This document shows, in pieces, positions 1-11,419 of a stretch of DNA of 64,000 nt. The notes beneath the pieces are model-generated. The model ran no database searches. It saw only the letters and a list, made by a program, of their open reading frames with translations, and was not told the DNA's origin. Where the stretch lies: assembly GCA_964016885.1 (NCBI GenBank), contig OZ024747.1:42594001-42658000 (forward strand). Reading direction: 5' to 3'. This stretch comes from Eledone cirrhosa. Taxonomy: Eukaryota. How positions within the stretch are numbered: position 1 is the first letter of the stretch; each line of letters starts with the position of its first letter. Made by a program: the position numbers and the translations under genes.

Positions 1-900
1 CTTTGTTTATATTTAGACAAATGCATATATCTAATTTAATAATAAACTTTTTAAAGTTTAATTATAAGGCCTTTTGATGCTTTAAGGTATTCTAATTGTT
101 AAGCTGACTTTTAAAAAAATTATATCTTCAATATAATAATTAAATATATTATAATACAATTATTAAGATTTATCTTAGAGAGGATGAAAATAGCATGTTT
201 TTCTCTCTCATGTTTACAAATAGTTTAAAAATGAATTCATAAAATATGATTTTATAAATTAAATATGATAGTATACTTTAATATTAATACAGATATTTAT
301 AAACTTTTATAGCCTGAAATATTATACACTTTAATTAATTCATTACTCTGAACTAACTTAAATGATTTGAAAGTTAATGGTCAACCGGACACATTTGGAT
401 AGTATATATAACTAATTAACTGAGGAAATTAACCTTTATTGATTACACCCAGTTATATTTAGGATTTAGATTGATGGATAATTCAATAATTCAACGATTT
501 CAGTTTACTCTATCGCATAGCTATGCCCAAATGTATAGTTGTGTATGATATATATCATACATAACTATACATCCCTCCCTATAATTATTCCTCTTTGTCT
601 CCCTTTCCTTGATAAATTCTCCTTTGCTCTCTATATCTCTTCTATCTATATTTTCCCCTCATATGTTTTCTCTCTGTCTTTTTTCTTTCCTCTTTCTTCA
701 ATAATTATTTGAATCTCTAACAGTTATGTAAATTACTGTTATGTATTTATAAACTTTCTTACACGCACCCTCTGTATTATATGTAAGTTTTTTCATGTAC
801 CAATCTTAAGGTATATAAATATTGAGTTTTGTCATATCTTACTCACTACCATGACTGGATCTTAACCATCTTCTATGTTTGGGTATGTCATGCATCATCT

Positions 901-967
901 TATTTTATCTGATGAGGACGTACTGTTGAAGTTAGCTCAGTACCTCTGAAATATGTATAATAAAATA
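901..967 (+). ncRNA. Type-I minimal hammerhead ribozyme motif (Penelope-like)
   Basis: Helix I tattttat/ataaaata; CTGATGA 909-915; helix II gga(c)gtactg/cagtac(c)tct; GAAA 948-951; near-palindromic tatgta; ATA cleavage triplet. Confidence 0.75.
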
Positions 968-1168
968 TACTTGATCACAATGAAGTTCTATTTTTGTTAA
1001 TATTTTGAATGAATATATATATATATATATATATGTAGATAAATCTACCAAGAGTTTACGGTAGTGTCCAATCCGTATGAAGAACTCAATGTAATCCGGA
1101 TATCATGGAAAGAAGAGATGCAATGAAAAATCACTTTCGGTGAAAGATAAACGGAAAACAGAGTCAAG

Positions 1169-1561
1169 ATAAAATATTAAAAAAATAATGAATAAAACAA
1201 TGAAGCAGTTCCTTATATTAAACAAAAAAAGTTCATTATTTAACGATCGTTTCTAGGATATATATGTGTTAGAATTGGCATGCATATTCAACAGATCTAT
1301 GTACAAAATTATACAAACTATCAAAATTAAATATACATACCAAACACATATATATGCCGTCTTCAGAAATTTCTGAAGACGGCATATATATGTGTTTGGT
1401 ATGTATATTTAATTTTGATAGTTTGTATAATTTTGTACATAGATCTGTTGAATATGCATGCCAATTCTAACACATATATATCCTAGAAACGATCGTTAAA
1501 TAATGAACTTTTTTTGTTTAATATAAGGAACTGCTTCATTGTTTTATTCATTATTTTTTTA

Positions 1562-1570
<9 letters not shown>
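1169..1570. repeat. Perfect 402-bp palindrome with no spacer, right arm running into (TA)n
   Basis: Axis cttcagaaa|tttctgaag at 1369/1370; the arms read as exact reverse complements out to ataaaatatt/aatattttat. Confidence 0.92.
1369..1501 (+). ncRNA. Hammerhead-like motif with ~105-nt helix II region (mirror copy on the minus strand at 1238-1370)
   Basis: CTGAAGA 1373-1379; helix II base gg(c)atatatatgtgtt/aacacatatatatcc; GAAAC-GATC-GTT 1486-1497 (palindromic helix III); helix I only attt/aaat, cut by the palindrome axis. Confidence 0.55.
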
Positions 1571-1629
<59 letters not shown>

Positions 1630-1630
<1 letters not shown>

Positions 1631-2293
1631 CTATATATATAAACTTGTTGTTCCTGTCTGTTTGTTTGGTTGGTTGTTTCTTTGTTCACGAACTCCTCTT
1701 ATGGTTTTGGAGATAGACCCCCCTTAACCATATATATTCTGAAACTACATTGCCCAGGGTACTTGGATAAGTATATTTCATTTCAATCAAAGGGCACAAA
1801 ACCCCCGCTGAAAATTTTTCCCCTTCAATTTACATTAAATGTAAACCATAGGTAAATGACAAGATATGATGCCTATTCACAAAATTTCGGCAAATTTCAA
1901 TAATATTAAGACACCCTAATGGGGGTTAAACCCCCTATTAGGGTTCCCCGGGGGCACAAAGACCCGCTGAAAATTTTTTTCCTTCAACATATATGAAATT
2001 TAAACCATAGGTAAATGACAAGATATGATGCCTATTCACAAAAGTTTTGAATTGATATTTTGAAAAAAATTATTTGCGAGAAACAAAATAAGAATAAGAT
2101 TTAATAATGTAATTTTGATTTGATATATTACAAAAAATAATGTTTTCCAATTTTTCATGCATTACATTTTACATTGAGTAATATTGAAATGCAGAGTTTT
2201 TCTCCATAAATTATATCACTGATTTAAAATCAATCATCATTTTCTTACAAAGAAAATGTGTGAAAAGCAGCAAGGCGCGGGTAATTCAGCTAG
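1630..2293 (+). mobile_element. Non-autonomous Helitron-like element
   Basis: 5' A|TCTATATATATAAA, (GTYT)-like microsatellite near the 5' end, two internal ~100-bp direct repeats (~1790 and ~1950), 3' gcaaggcgcgggtaattcagCTAG|T. Confidence 0.75.
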
Positions 2294-2304
2294 TATATAT
2301 ATAT

Positions 2305-2695
2305 CATTATCATCATCATCATCATCATTTTACGTCCACTTTTCCCTGCTTGCAAGGGTGGGACGGCAACTGATTCTGGCTTGCTTTCTACAGCTGGATG
2401 CCCTTCCTAACACCAACCTCATTTACAGTGAGTGATGGGTGCTTTTCTTCCGTGGCACCTACATGTCCACTTTACAGTGTGGGCTGGGTGCTTTTTTTTG
2501 GCCGTGGCACCTCTACGACCACTTTGCAGTGGAATGATAGGGACCCCAGTCCCTATCATCTCATTTCTACAGCTGAGTAAACTGGAGCAATGTGAAATAA
2601 AGTGTCTGGCTCAAGGAAACAACACATCACCCGGTCTGAGAATTGAACTCACAACCTTTCGATTGCAAGCCCAATGCTCTAAGCCATGTGCCTCC
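2305..2695 (-). mobile_element. tRNA-headed SINE (family 1) with RTE-derived body and tail
   Basis: Head ggaggcacatggcttag...gagttcaattctcagacc, ccttgagccagacacttt segment, ggtgttaggaagggcatccagctgtag motif, tail cccacccttgcaagcagggaaaag...(ATG)n. Confidence 0.85.
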
Positions 2696-2820
2696 ATATA
2701 TATATATATATATCAACAATTTTACAAGAGATATCAACATCAATGGACTTATTTTTATCTAAAGACATTTTTTCCAATTCCAACCCGTCCGTCCACTCAA
2801 TCTATCTTATTTCTCATTCT

Positions 2821-2890
2821 TTCTTATCAAGCGTTAACCTAATATATCCCTTCCATATACAGTACCGATTGTGTTGTTATTTCTGTTTAC

Positions 2891-2900
<10 letters not shown>
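2821..2900 (+). mobile_element. 3' tail fragment of the short hammerhead element family seen at 7788 and 52929
   Basis: tatcaagcgttaacctaatatat...gattgtgttgttatttctgtttacc matches the reverse complement of 52845-52915; no hammerhead core here. Confidence 0.6.
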
Positions 2901-2944
<44 letters not shown>

Positions 2945-3035
2945 ATGTAGGAGGTGAGTTTTATTGTAGTACAATAAAGCAATGCAGATATCGGATAAGA
3001 AGCACTCTATAGTTTGTAGGACTGGAGTATACATA

Positions 3036-3261
3036 ATATATAAGAACAAAAGATGGTTAAAAGAGTTCCATGTATTTTATTATGCGCATTTCAAAATATG
3101 TTGATTTAAAACTGAACTATCCACAAGTGTTTTTTAACCTTCATATCATGTCTTCCTGTTTTATCTGATGAAAACACAAATATAGCATGATGATATTTGT
3201 TTTTGAAATGCGCATAATAAGATACATGGAACTCTTTTAACCATCTTTTGTTCTTATATAT
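3036..3261. repeat. Inverted repeat with 61-bp arms (3036-3096 / 3201-3261) overlapping a hammerhead
   Basis: atatataagaacaaaagatggttaaaagagttccatgtattttattatgcgcatttcaaaa and its reverse complement with one mismatch. Confidence 0.88.
3157..3224 (+). ncRNA. Type-I minimal hammerhead ribozyme motif
   Basis: Helix I tgttttat/ataagata; CTGATGA 3165-3171; helix II aaa(c)acaaatat/atatttgt(t)ttt; GAAA 3205-3208; palindromic TGCGCA; ATA triplet. Confidence 0.78.
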
Positions 3262-3440
3262 ATATATATATATATGTTTATATCTATATATATATGTTTA
3301 TATCTGTATATATATGTTTATATCTGTATATATATGTTTATATCTATATCTAAATATACATATGTTTATATCTATATATATGTTTATATCTATCTATTTA
3401 TCTCTATATATATATATGTTTATATATATACATATATATT

Positions 3441-6400
3441 ATCATCATCATCGTTTAACATCGATCTTCCATGCTAGCATGGGTTAGAGGGAGTTGTCTC
3501 ACTTGAGGTAAAATTGGTCGGGTGACCATGTCTCGCTCGTATAGGACTATCTGGCAGGTTTTCTACAGATGGATTCCCTTCCTAACACCAACCACATTTA
3601 CAGTGTGGACTGGGAGCTTTTTACTGGGTTCCTTACAGCGTGAACTGTGTGTTTTTTGTCGTGACACCTACACGACCTCATTAGTTTGGACTGGATGTTG
3701 TGGTACCAACATAACTTTACAGGTGGTGTTGGCGGGAGTGGGAGGATGGAGTAGGGGTAGTGGGTTGGGGTGTATGTTTGGTTTGGAGGGGCCTACTGAC
3801 TGCAGGTTAACTTTGCATGTAGGGAAGGCGGGTCTTCTGTATTACTGCGTGGTGCCTAAGATCTCGATCCAGTGACATTGTCTTAGAGAAGTGCAAGTGT
3901 GCAAGGTCAGAATTTATCATGTCATCCCAGTTTTCTCTGGGTCTACCTACTCCGTAACTTCCATCAATTTTGAATTGCCCTGCACTTTTTTTATACAGCT
4001 GTTATCTTTCATGTGCATGACGTGACTATACCAACGTAATCTTCTCTCAAGTAAACAGCATCTGATCCTTCTTATTCCTAATCTCTCACTTAGTTCATTT
4101 ATGTTTTGCCATTTGTGTATATTACTATTACACATCCAACGGAGCACGTATGCTTCGTTTCTTTCCACTCTGCACAGGTCCTCTGCACAAAAAGCCTGTG
4201 TCTCACTGCCATGTAACATTGCTATTCATATACAAGCATCATACAATCTGCCTTTCATTTTCAGAGAGAAACCTTTTGTGGCCAACAGCAGTATAAGCTC
4301 TCTGAACTTTTTCCATCCTGTCCTAACTCTGGCTACTATACTTTCGGAGCACCCTCCACCACTGCGGAAAGTGTCCACTATTTCTATAGAACCATCAAGG
4401 CAATAGAAGGAGCTAGTATCCTGTGGACATTTGCTACTTATTGCATCTGAGCATTGGCCACATATAAAATCTACGTTCTTAGATAGCTTGCCTGTGATCC
4501 CACTACATCTTTTATGTACCCATAGTTTGCATTTGGGACATAGAATGGAATTTCTACCTACTCCTTTCCTACACACTGAGCATGGCCATTTCCCATAGGG
4601 CACCTGTGCCCTATTTTCCTTTCTACATACGAGAACTTTAGTCTTAGACAAGTTGATTCTAGGCCATGCTTCCATGTTTGGAATTTCTTCTCTAGTTCAG
4701 CCATAGATTCAGCTATAAGAGTTAGATCATCTGCGTATAGAAGTTGCCATGGGCAGCCGGTCTTAAACTCCTCTGTTATAGTCTGAAGGGCAATAATAAA
4801 TAGGAGGGGGCTAAGGACAGAGTCTTGATGAACACCGCCTTTTATGCTAAATTCTTCACTATATTCATTGTTAATTCTAATCTTGCTGACTGTATCTTTA
4901 TACATGGTTTATATAGTTCTCACAAGCCATTCATCCACCCTAAACTTTCTAAGGGCCCACCAGATAATGGAGCGTGGGACTGCCAGAGGCTTTCTCCAAG
5001 TCAACAAAAGCTAAGTATAGGGGTTTACTTTTAGCTAGGTACTTCTCCTGTAGTTGTCAAACAAGGAAAAGAGCATCTGTGGTACTTTTTCCTGACACAA
5101 ACCCAAACTCCATTTCATCTAGATCAATTCGATCTCTGATTAGTTGTGCTATAACTCTTTCTGTGACCTTCATGATCTAGTCAACTAACTTAATGCCTCT
5201 ATAGTTTCCCCTATCTAGAGCATCTCCTTTACCCTTGTAGCAGTTAACGATGATGCTGCTACACCAGTCCTTTGTTATGACCCCATTCTGTATTACTTGG
5301 TTAACTATCCGGGTGACCATAGTATGTCCCTTCATTCCAGATGCTTTCAACATCTCAGCAACTGTCTCTGAAGGTCCAGCCGCCTTGCCTGTCTTCATAT
5401 CTTTGATTGCCTTACTTATTACACTACCTTTAACTTGCACCGCTGGTCCTTCTATTGGATCGATTTGGGGCAGACTATCTTTTTCCCATTTATTCTCCTC
5501 ATTTAGTAGTCTCTTGTAGTGACACTTCCAAGCTACCTTCTTATCAGTATCAGTGAGGGCAAGTACACTATCATGATTACGGACATACTTCTCTCCGACA
5601 ATATCACGGTTTTCCTTGACACATTGTCTTGCAATTCTGAAAACCTCACGTTTTTGGTCCTCGCGTTGTAGAACATGCTTGAACTTTCTATCCTCTGCTT
5701 CCCTTCTTGCAAGGTACACTTGTCTCCTAGATTCTCTCCTGGCCATTTGATAGTGTTCTCTACTTCCCGCATCCCGCCATCCTTTCCAAGCCTGCTTTTT
5801 GGCCTTGATTGTCTCTTCCATCTTACTGTTCCACCACCAAGTTACTCTCCTCCTGCCAATAGGTCTGCTCCAGCCACAGATTTCATCCGTTGCTTTCAGC
5901 AGCTTCACTTTCAAGAATTGCCACTGTTCCTCTATATTACACGTCTCTAATTGCTCTTCCTTATTGTCAAAAGCATAAAGTAATAAGCTTTTAAATTTGT
6001 CACTGGCTGTGGGGTCCTTCAACTTCCATATTCTTCTCCTCAGGGTATTCCTCCTCTGTCATCGAGTACATCTATTCCTGACTATTAGGTCACTAACTAC
6101 TAGGCTATGTTGGGAGGTGCATTCTTCATGGGGGAGGGATTTAGTGTTTACAACAGACACTTTGTCACTTCTTCTAGTAAGGATATAATCTATCTAGCTG
6201 GTGTGTTCCCCTGATCTATAGGTGATCAAGTGATTGTCTCATTTTTTGAAGTTTGTGTTACAGATAGTTAGGTTATGAGCATCACAGAATTCCAGGATTC
6301 TGAAGTCTTCCCCATTTTTGGTACCAAACCCATAGCCTCCATGGATTCCATCATAGCCATCACTATGTTGTCCAACGTGACCATTAAGGCTGCCAGCAAT

Positions 6401-6865
6401 AATTAAGTAGTCACTGTCGGTTATTTGGGAGGTAGTGTGCATTAGTGACTCAGATTGGGGTGCATAAGCGGATATTATTGTCAAAGTAGTTCTATTTAGA
6501 ATTAGTCTTATTTTAATTATTCTGTCATTCACTCTATTTTTGACAATTACCTTATCTAACCATTTTTCTCCTAACATAATTCCTACTCCACCTAGTCCAT
6601 TGTCATTTCCCACCCAGAAAGCTTTATAGCATCGTTTTTTACCCACAATGAATCTAGTAGGCCCACCCCTCCACTTAGTATCTTGAACACAACAAACATC
6701 AACTTCCTTACGTTCAAGCATCTCTACAACCTCATTTGAGCGATCTTTCAATGTGCCTACGTTCATGGTACCAACTTTGAAGATTTTGGAATTCGTTGGG
6801 TGGGTGGAATGGATGGGTTGGAGGTGCAGGGAGAGGTGCGGGAGACGGAATTATGTTGGTCATCC
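3441..6865 (-). mobile_element. Degenerate near-full-length RTE/BovB-type LINE (subfamily A)
   Basis: Frame-broken ORF pieces: APE endonuclease (NVGTL...DVCCVQDTKWRG, ISAYAPQ), TWWWN, NYRGIKL, RT (QDSVLSPLLF, LLYADDL), a Cys-rich insert, and ERRLRWY; (ATG)n tail at 3441. Confidence 0.93.
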
Positions 6866-7065
6866 ATGTCTGAAATATATATATATATATATAGTAATAA
6901 TAATAAATTTGAAGACTAAAATCCAAAGAGGGCTCAATAAGGATAAATATATATCAAATATATAAGAACCCTAGAGCAAATATGTTTCAGAAGATCCCGT
7001 TAAGGGTGAAAGCAGCGATTCTTTGCTTAAACTTTAATCTGTTATTTTAATAAATATATATATAT

Positions 7066-7408
7066 CATCATCATCATCATCATCATTTTACGTCCGCTTT
7101 TCCCTGCTTGCAAGGGTGGGACGGGAACTGAATCTGGCTTGATTTCTACAGCTGGATGTCCTTCCTAACACTAACCCCATTTTCAGTGAGTGCTGGGTGC
7201 TTTTTTGCTGTGGCACCTAAACGTCCACTTTGCAGTGGAATGATAGGGACCCCAGTCCCTATCATCTCATTTCTACAGCTGAGTAAACTGGAGCAATGTG
7301 AAATAAAGTGTCTTGCTCAAGGAAACAACATATCACCCGGTCTGAGAATTGAACTCACAACCTTTCGATTGCAAGCCCAATGCTCTAACCACTAAGCCAT
7401 GTGCCTTC
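7066..7408 (-). mobile_element. SINE family 1 copy
   Basis: Same head (A box tggcttagtgg, B box gagttcaattc), body and RTE tail as 2305-2695. Confidence 0.88.
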
Positions 7409-7787
7409 ATTATATGCATACATATATATGTTATGTATGTGCATTTATATGTATATGTATTAATAAATATATATATATGTATATGTGTGTGTGTCATCAT
7501 CGTCATCACTGTTCAATGTCTATTTTTCATGTTTGCATGGGTTAGACGGATCGTCCATGTTTGGACATCTGGTCGTGCCATACTCTGCTCACATTGGAAC
7601 CATAGTTTGGGAGCTGGGTGGTCCCATTACGCGGAAGGTCTGGCTTGTGGGCCACACTAAGCCTTACTCATAGTGGACCCAAGATGGCTGACTGAGTACA
7701 CATGTCGTTTTTTTTCTTCCCATTATTTTCCCCCCCATTTTACCGTTCCTTCCCGTCACTACTCTTTATCTTCTATTTATAACTCTC

Positions 7788-7823
7788 TCTTCTGTTGAAG
7801 GACTAGTGTCCGAAACGTTAAGA
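7788..7823 (+). ncRNA. Minimal hammerhead motif, probably inactive (CTGTTGA core)
   Basis: tctt-CTGTTGA-a-ggac(tagt)gtcc-GAAAC-GTT-aaga; A6 is mutated; same family as 52929-52964. Confidence 0.6.
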
Positions 7824-7904
7824 CTCTCTTTCTGCTGTTTCAAGTTTTAAACTAATATATTTCTTTCATGTACTGTGCCATTTTGTTATTTGTTTACCTT
7901 TTAC

Positions 7905-8272
<368 letters not shown>

Positions 8273-8317
8273 GTGACGAAACATAAAAGTCAATTGTATG
8301 AACTCAATCCTTTATTT

Positions 8318-8373
8318 ACTGCTATATATATTTCGATGATAGCCATTGAATGGCTATGACCTCATCAGGCAGT
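8318..8373 (-). ncRNA. Type-I minimal hammerhead ribozyme motif
   Basis: Minus strand: actgc-CTGATGA-ggt(c)atagccat(tca)atggctat(c)atc-GAAA-tatata-TA-gcagt; all core positions are intact. Confidence 0.8.
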
Positions 8374-8457
8374 TAGTCAGTTCTTAGATATGCCAGCTCT
8401 GTGTTTATAGTGTTGATGGTATCAGAGCCTTGGGATATATATATATATATATATATA

Positions 8458-10928
8458 AAGAACAGATAGAGACATTCAATGTAGAAGAGCACTGGGAGTT
8501 CCTAAAAAATAACTTACTAGAGGCGACGGATGAGGTCTGTGGCTGGAGTAAGACCACAAGCAGGAGGAGAGTGACTTGGTGGTGGAACAATAAGGTAGAT
8601 GAGGCAGTTAAGGCCAAGAGACAGGCATGGAAAGAATGGAAGAACGGGGGGAGCAGGGTACATTACATAGAGACCAAGAGGGAAGCTAGGCGACAAGTAT
8701 ACTTAGCTAGGAGGGAAGCAGAGGATAGAAAATTCAAGCATGTTTTGCAACGTGAGGACCAGAAACAGGAGGTGTTCAAGATTGCGAGGCAGTGTGTCAG
8801 AGAGAATTGTGATGTCATTGGAGAGAAGTGTATCCGGAATGATAAAGGTGAGCTTGCCCTCACAAGTGCTGAGAAGAAAGATGCATGGAAGAGCCATTAT
8901 GATAGATTACTAAATGAGGAGAATGCATGGGAAGAAGAGACCCTACCCCAAGTAGACCCTATAGTGGGGCCAGCAGTACAAGTCAGCAGCAGCATAGTAA
9001 GTAAGGCAATCAAAGATATGAAGATGGGGAAAGCAATCGGTCCATTGGGTATAGCTGCCAAGATGCTGAAGGCATCTGTGTCTGTAGGTCACACTATAAC
9101 CACACGTATTGTTAACCAGGTAATACTAGAAGGTGTCATACCAAAAGATTGGTGCAGTAGCATCATTGTCAACTGCTACAAAGGTAAAGGTGATGCACTA
9201 GATAGAGGAAACTATAGAGGTATAAAGCTGATGGACCAGCTCATGAAAGTAACAGAAAGAGTTATAGCACAGTTGATTAGGGACCGGGTGAAACTAGATG
9301 AGATGCAATTTGGGTTTGTACCAGGAAGAGGCACCACTGATGCCCTCTTCCTTGTGAGGCAGTTACAGGAAAAGTACCTAGCTAAAAGTAAGCCACTCTA
9401 CCTGGCATTCGTCGATTTTGAGAAAGCCTTTGACAGAGTTCTACGTGCTGTAATCTGGTGGGCTCTTAGAAAACTAGGAGTAGATGAATGGCTTGTGAAA
9501 GCTGTACATGCCATGTATAGGGGAGCAGTCAGCAAAGTTAGGATTAGCAATGAGTATAGCGAGGAATTTAGCGTACAAGTTGGTGTCCACCAGGGCTCTG
9601 TTCTTAGCCCTCTCCTGTTCATCATAGTCCTGCAGGCAATAACGGAGGAGTTTAAGACCGGATGCCCATGGGAACTCCTGTATGCTGATGACCTCACACT
9701 TATAGCTGAATCTATGGTAGAACTAGAGAAGAAATTACAAACTTGAAAACGGGGACTAGAAAGAAAGGGTCTCAAAGTCAACATGACAAAGACTAAGGTC
9801 CTTGTAAGTAGACAAGAAAACAGAACCCAGATCCCCTCAGGGAAATGGCCTTGCTCAGTATGTAGGAAAGGTGTAGGTAGGAACTCCATTCTCTGCCCCA
9901 AATTCAAACAATGGCTACACAAGAGATGTAGCGGGATCTCAGGAAGCTTAATTAAGAATGTAGGCTTCACATGCAGCAGCTATGCTGGGACAGCAGGCAG
10001 CAAACAGCCACAGGAAACAAATACCACCAATCTCTGGGAGGGTTCTGTAGAAACAGTAGACAGCTTCTGCTACCGAGGTGACGGAATTAGCAGCAGAGGG
10101 GGGCGTTCAGAAAGTACAATAACTAGGGTAAGAACGGGATGGAAGAAGTTCAGGGAACTACTGCCACTGCTAGCTGCAAAAGGCTTCTCCCTCAAAATGA
10201 AAGGCAGACTGTATGATGCATGTATCCGAACAGCAATGTTACATGGTAGTGAGACCTGGGCGCTGAAGGTGGAAGACTTACATAGATTAGAGAGAAACGA
10301 AGCCTGCATGCTCCGATGGATGTGTAATAGTAATATACGCGAACGACAAAGCATAAATGAATTGAGAGAGAGACTGAGCATAAGAGGAATCAAATGCTGT
10401 GTGCAGGAGAGGCGGTTGCGTTGGTATGGATATGTGATGTGTATGAAGGATGACAGCTGCATAAAAAGGTGCAGAGCACTAAAAGTCAATGGAAACCACG
10501 GAGTGGGGAGACCCAAGAAGACCTGGGATGAGGTGATAAAAGCCGACCTCTCAAAGGCAATGACACACGACCGTGACCTCTGGCGTCACGCAGTAATATA
10601 GAGTACCCGACCTCCCATGGGTACAAGCTGAAGCATATAGACAATATGCCCCACACCCTCCCACTGCAAAGTGGTCGTGGAGGTGCCATGGCAAAAAAGC
10701 ACCCAGCCTACACTGTAAAGTGGACGTGTAGGCGCCACGAAAAAAGCACCCAGCACTCACTGTAAACGAGGTTGGTGTTAGGAAGGGCATCCAGCTGTAG
10801 AAATCAAGCCAAAATCAGTTCCTGTATGAGCAAGGCATGGTCAGCCGACCAGACACTGCCCACAACAGGACAACCCGTCTAACCCATGCTAGCGTGGAAG
10901 AACGGACGTAATATGGTGATGATGATGA
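8458..10928 (+). mobile_element. 5'-truncated RTE/BovB-type LINE (subfamily A)
   Basis: 438-aa and 272-aa ORFs with TWWWN, NYRGIKL, QFGF, FVDFEKAFD, QGSVLSPLLF, LLYADDL, GRPKKTW; starts at (TA)n and ends in (ATG)n. Confidence 0.95.
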
Positions 10929-11419
10929 TATATATATATATACAACAGCAACAACAACAACAACAACAACAACAACAGCAGCAACAACTACAGTAACAAC
11001 TGCCACCACCATCACTGACCATCCACCACCACCATCATCACCATACTGACACCATCCACCACCATTCACCACCACCACCACCACCACCACCATTACCACG
11101 TAAAGCAAACAATTATTATAATTATTATATAAAAACTGAACTGGACTGGGAAAAGTCTACAGTTGACATGATTTTGATTTTGTATAAGTACTGCCGGTAA
11201 TATATATATATATGTGTGTGTTTGTGAGTGGTGTGTGTGTTTGTATGCATGAGTGAGTGTTGGTATGTGAGTGGCATGTGTGTTTGTGGTTTGTATGCAT
11301 GAGTGTTGGTGTGTGAGTGGGTGTGTGTGTGTCGTGTGTGTGTGTCGTGTCAATAAGTTTTTTTTTTTTTAATGACCATGCTGTAAAATGGGGTAGAGAG
11401 GGCCCTTGAGTCTAGTAAG

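Noticed and set aside
531-572. 42-bp near-perfect palindrome atgtatagttgtgtatgatat/atatcatacataactatacat
   Set aside because: Real but short and AT-rich; no function can be assigned.
2398-2842. Recurring MPFLTPTSFTVS / LQLSKLEQCEIKCLAQG ORFs
   Set aside because: These are antisense translations of SINE family 1, not a gene family.
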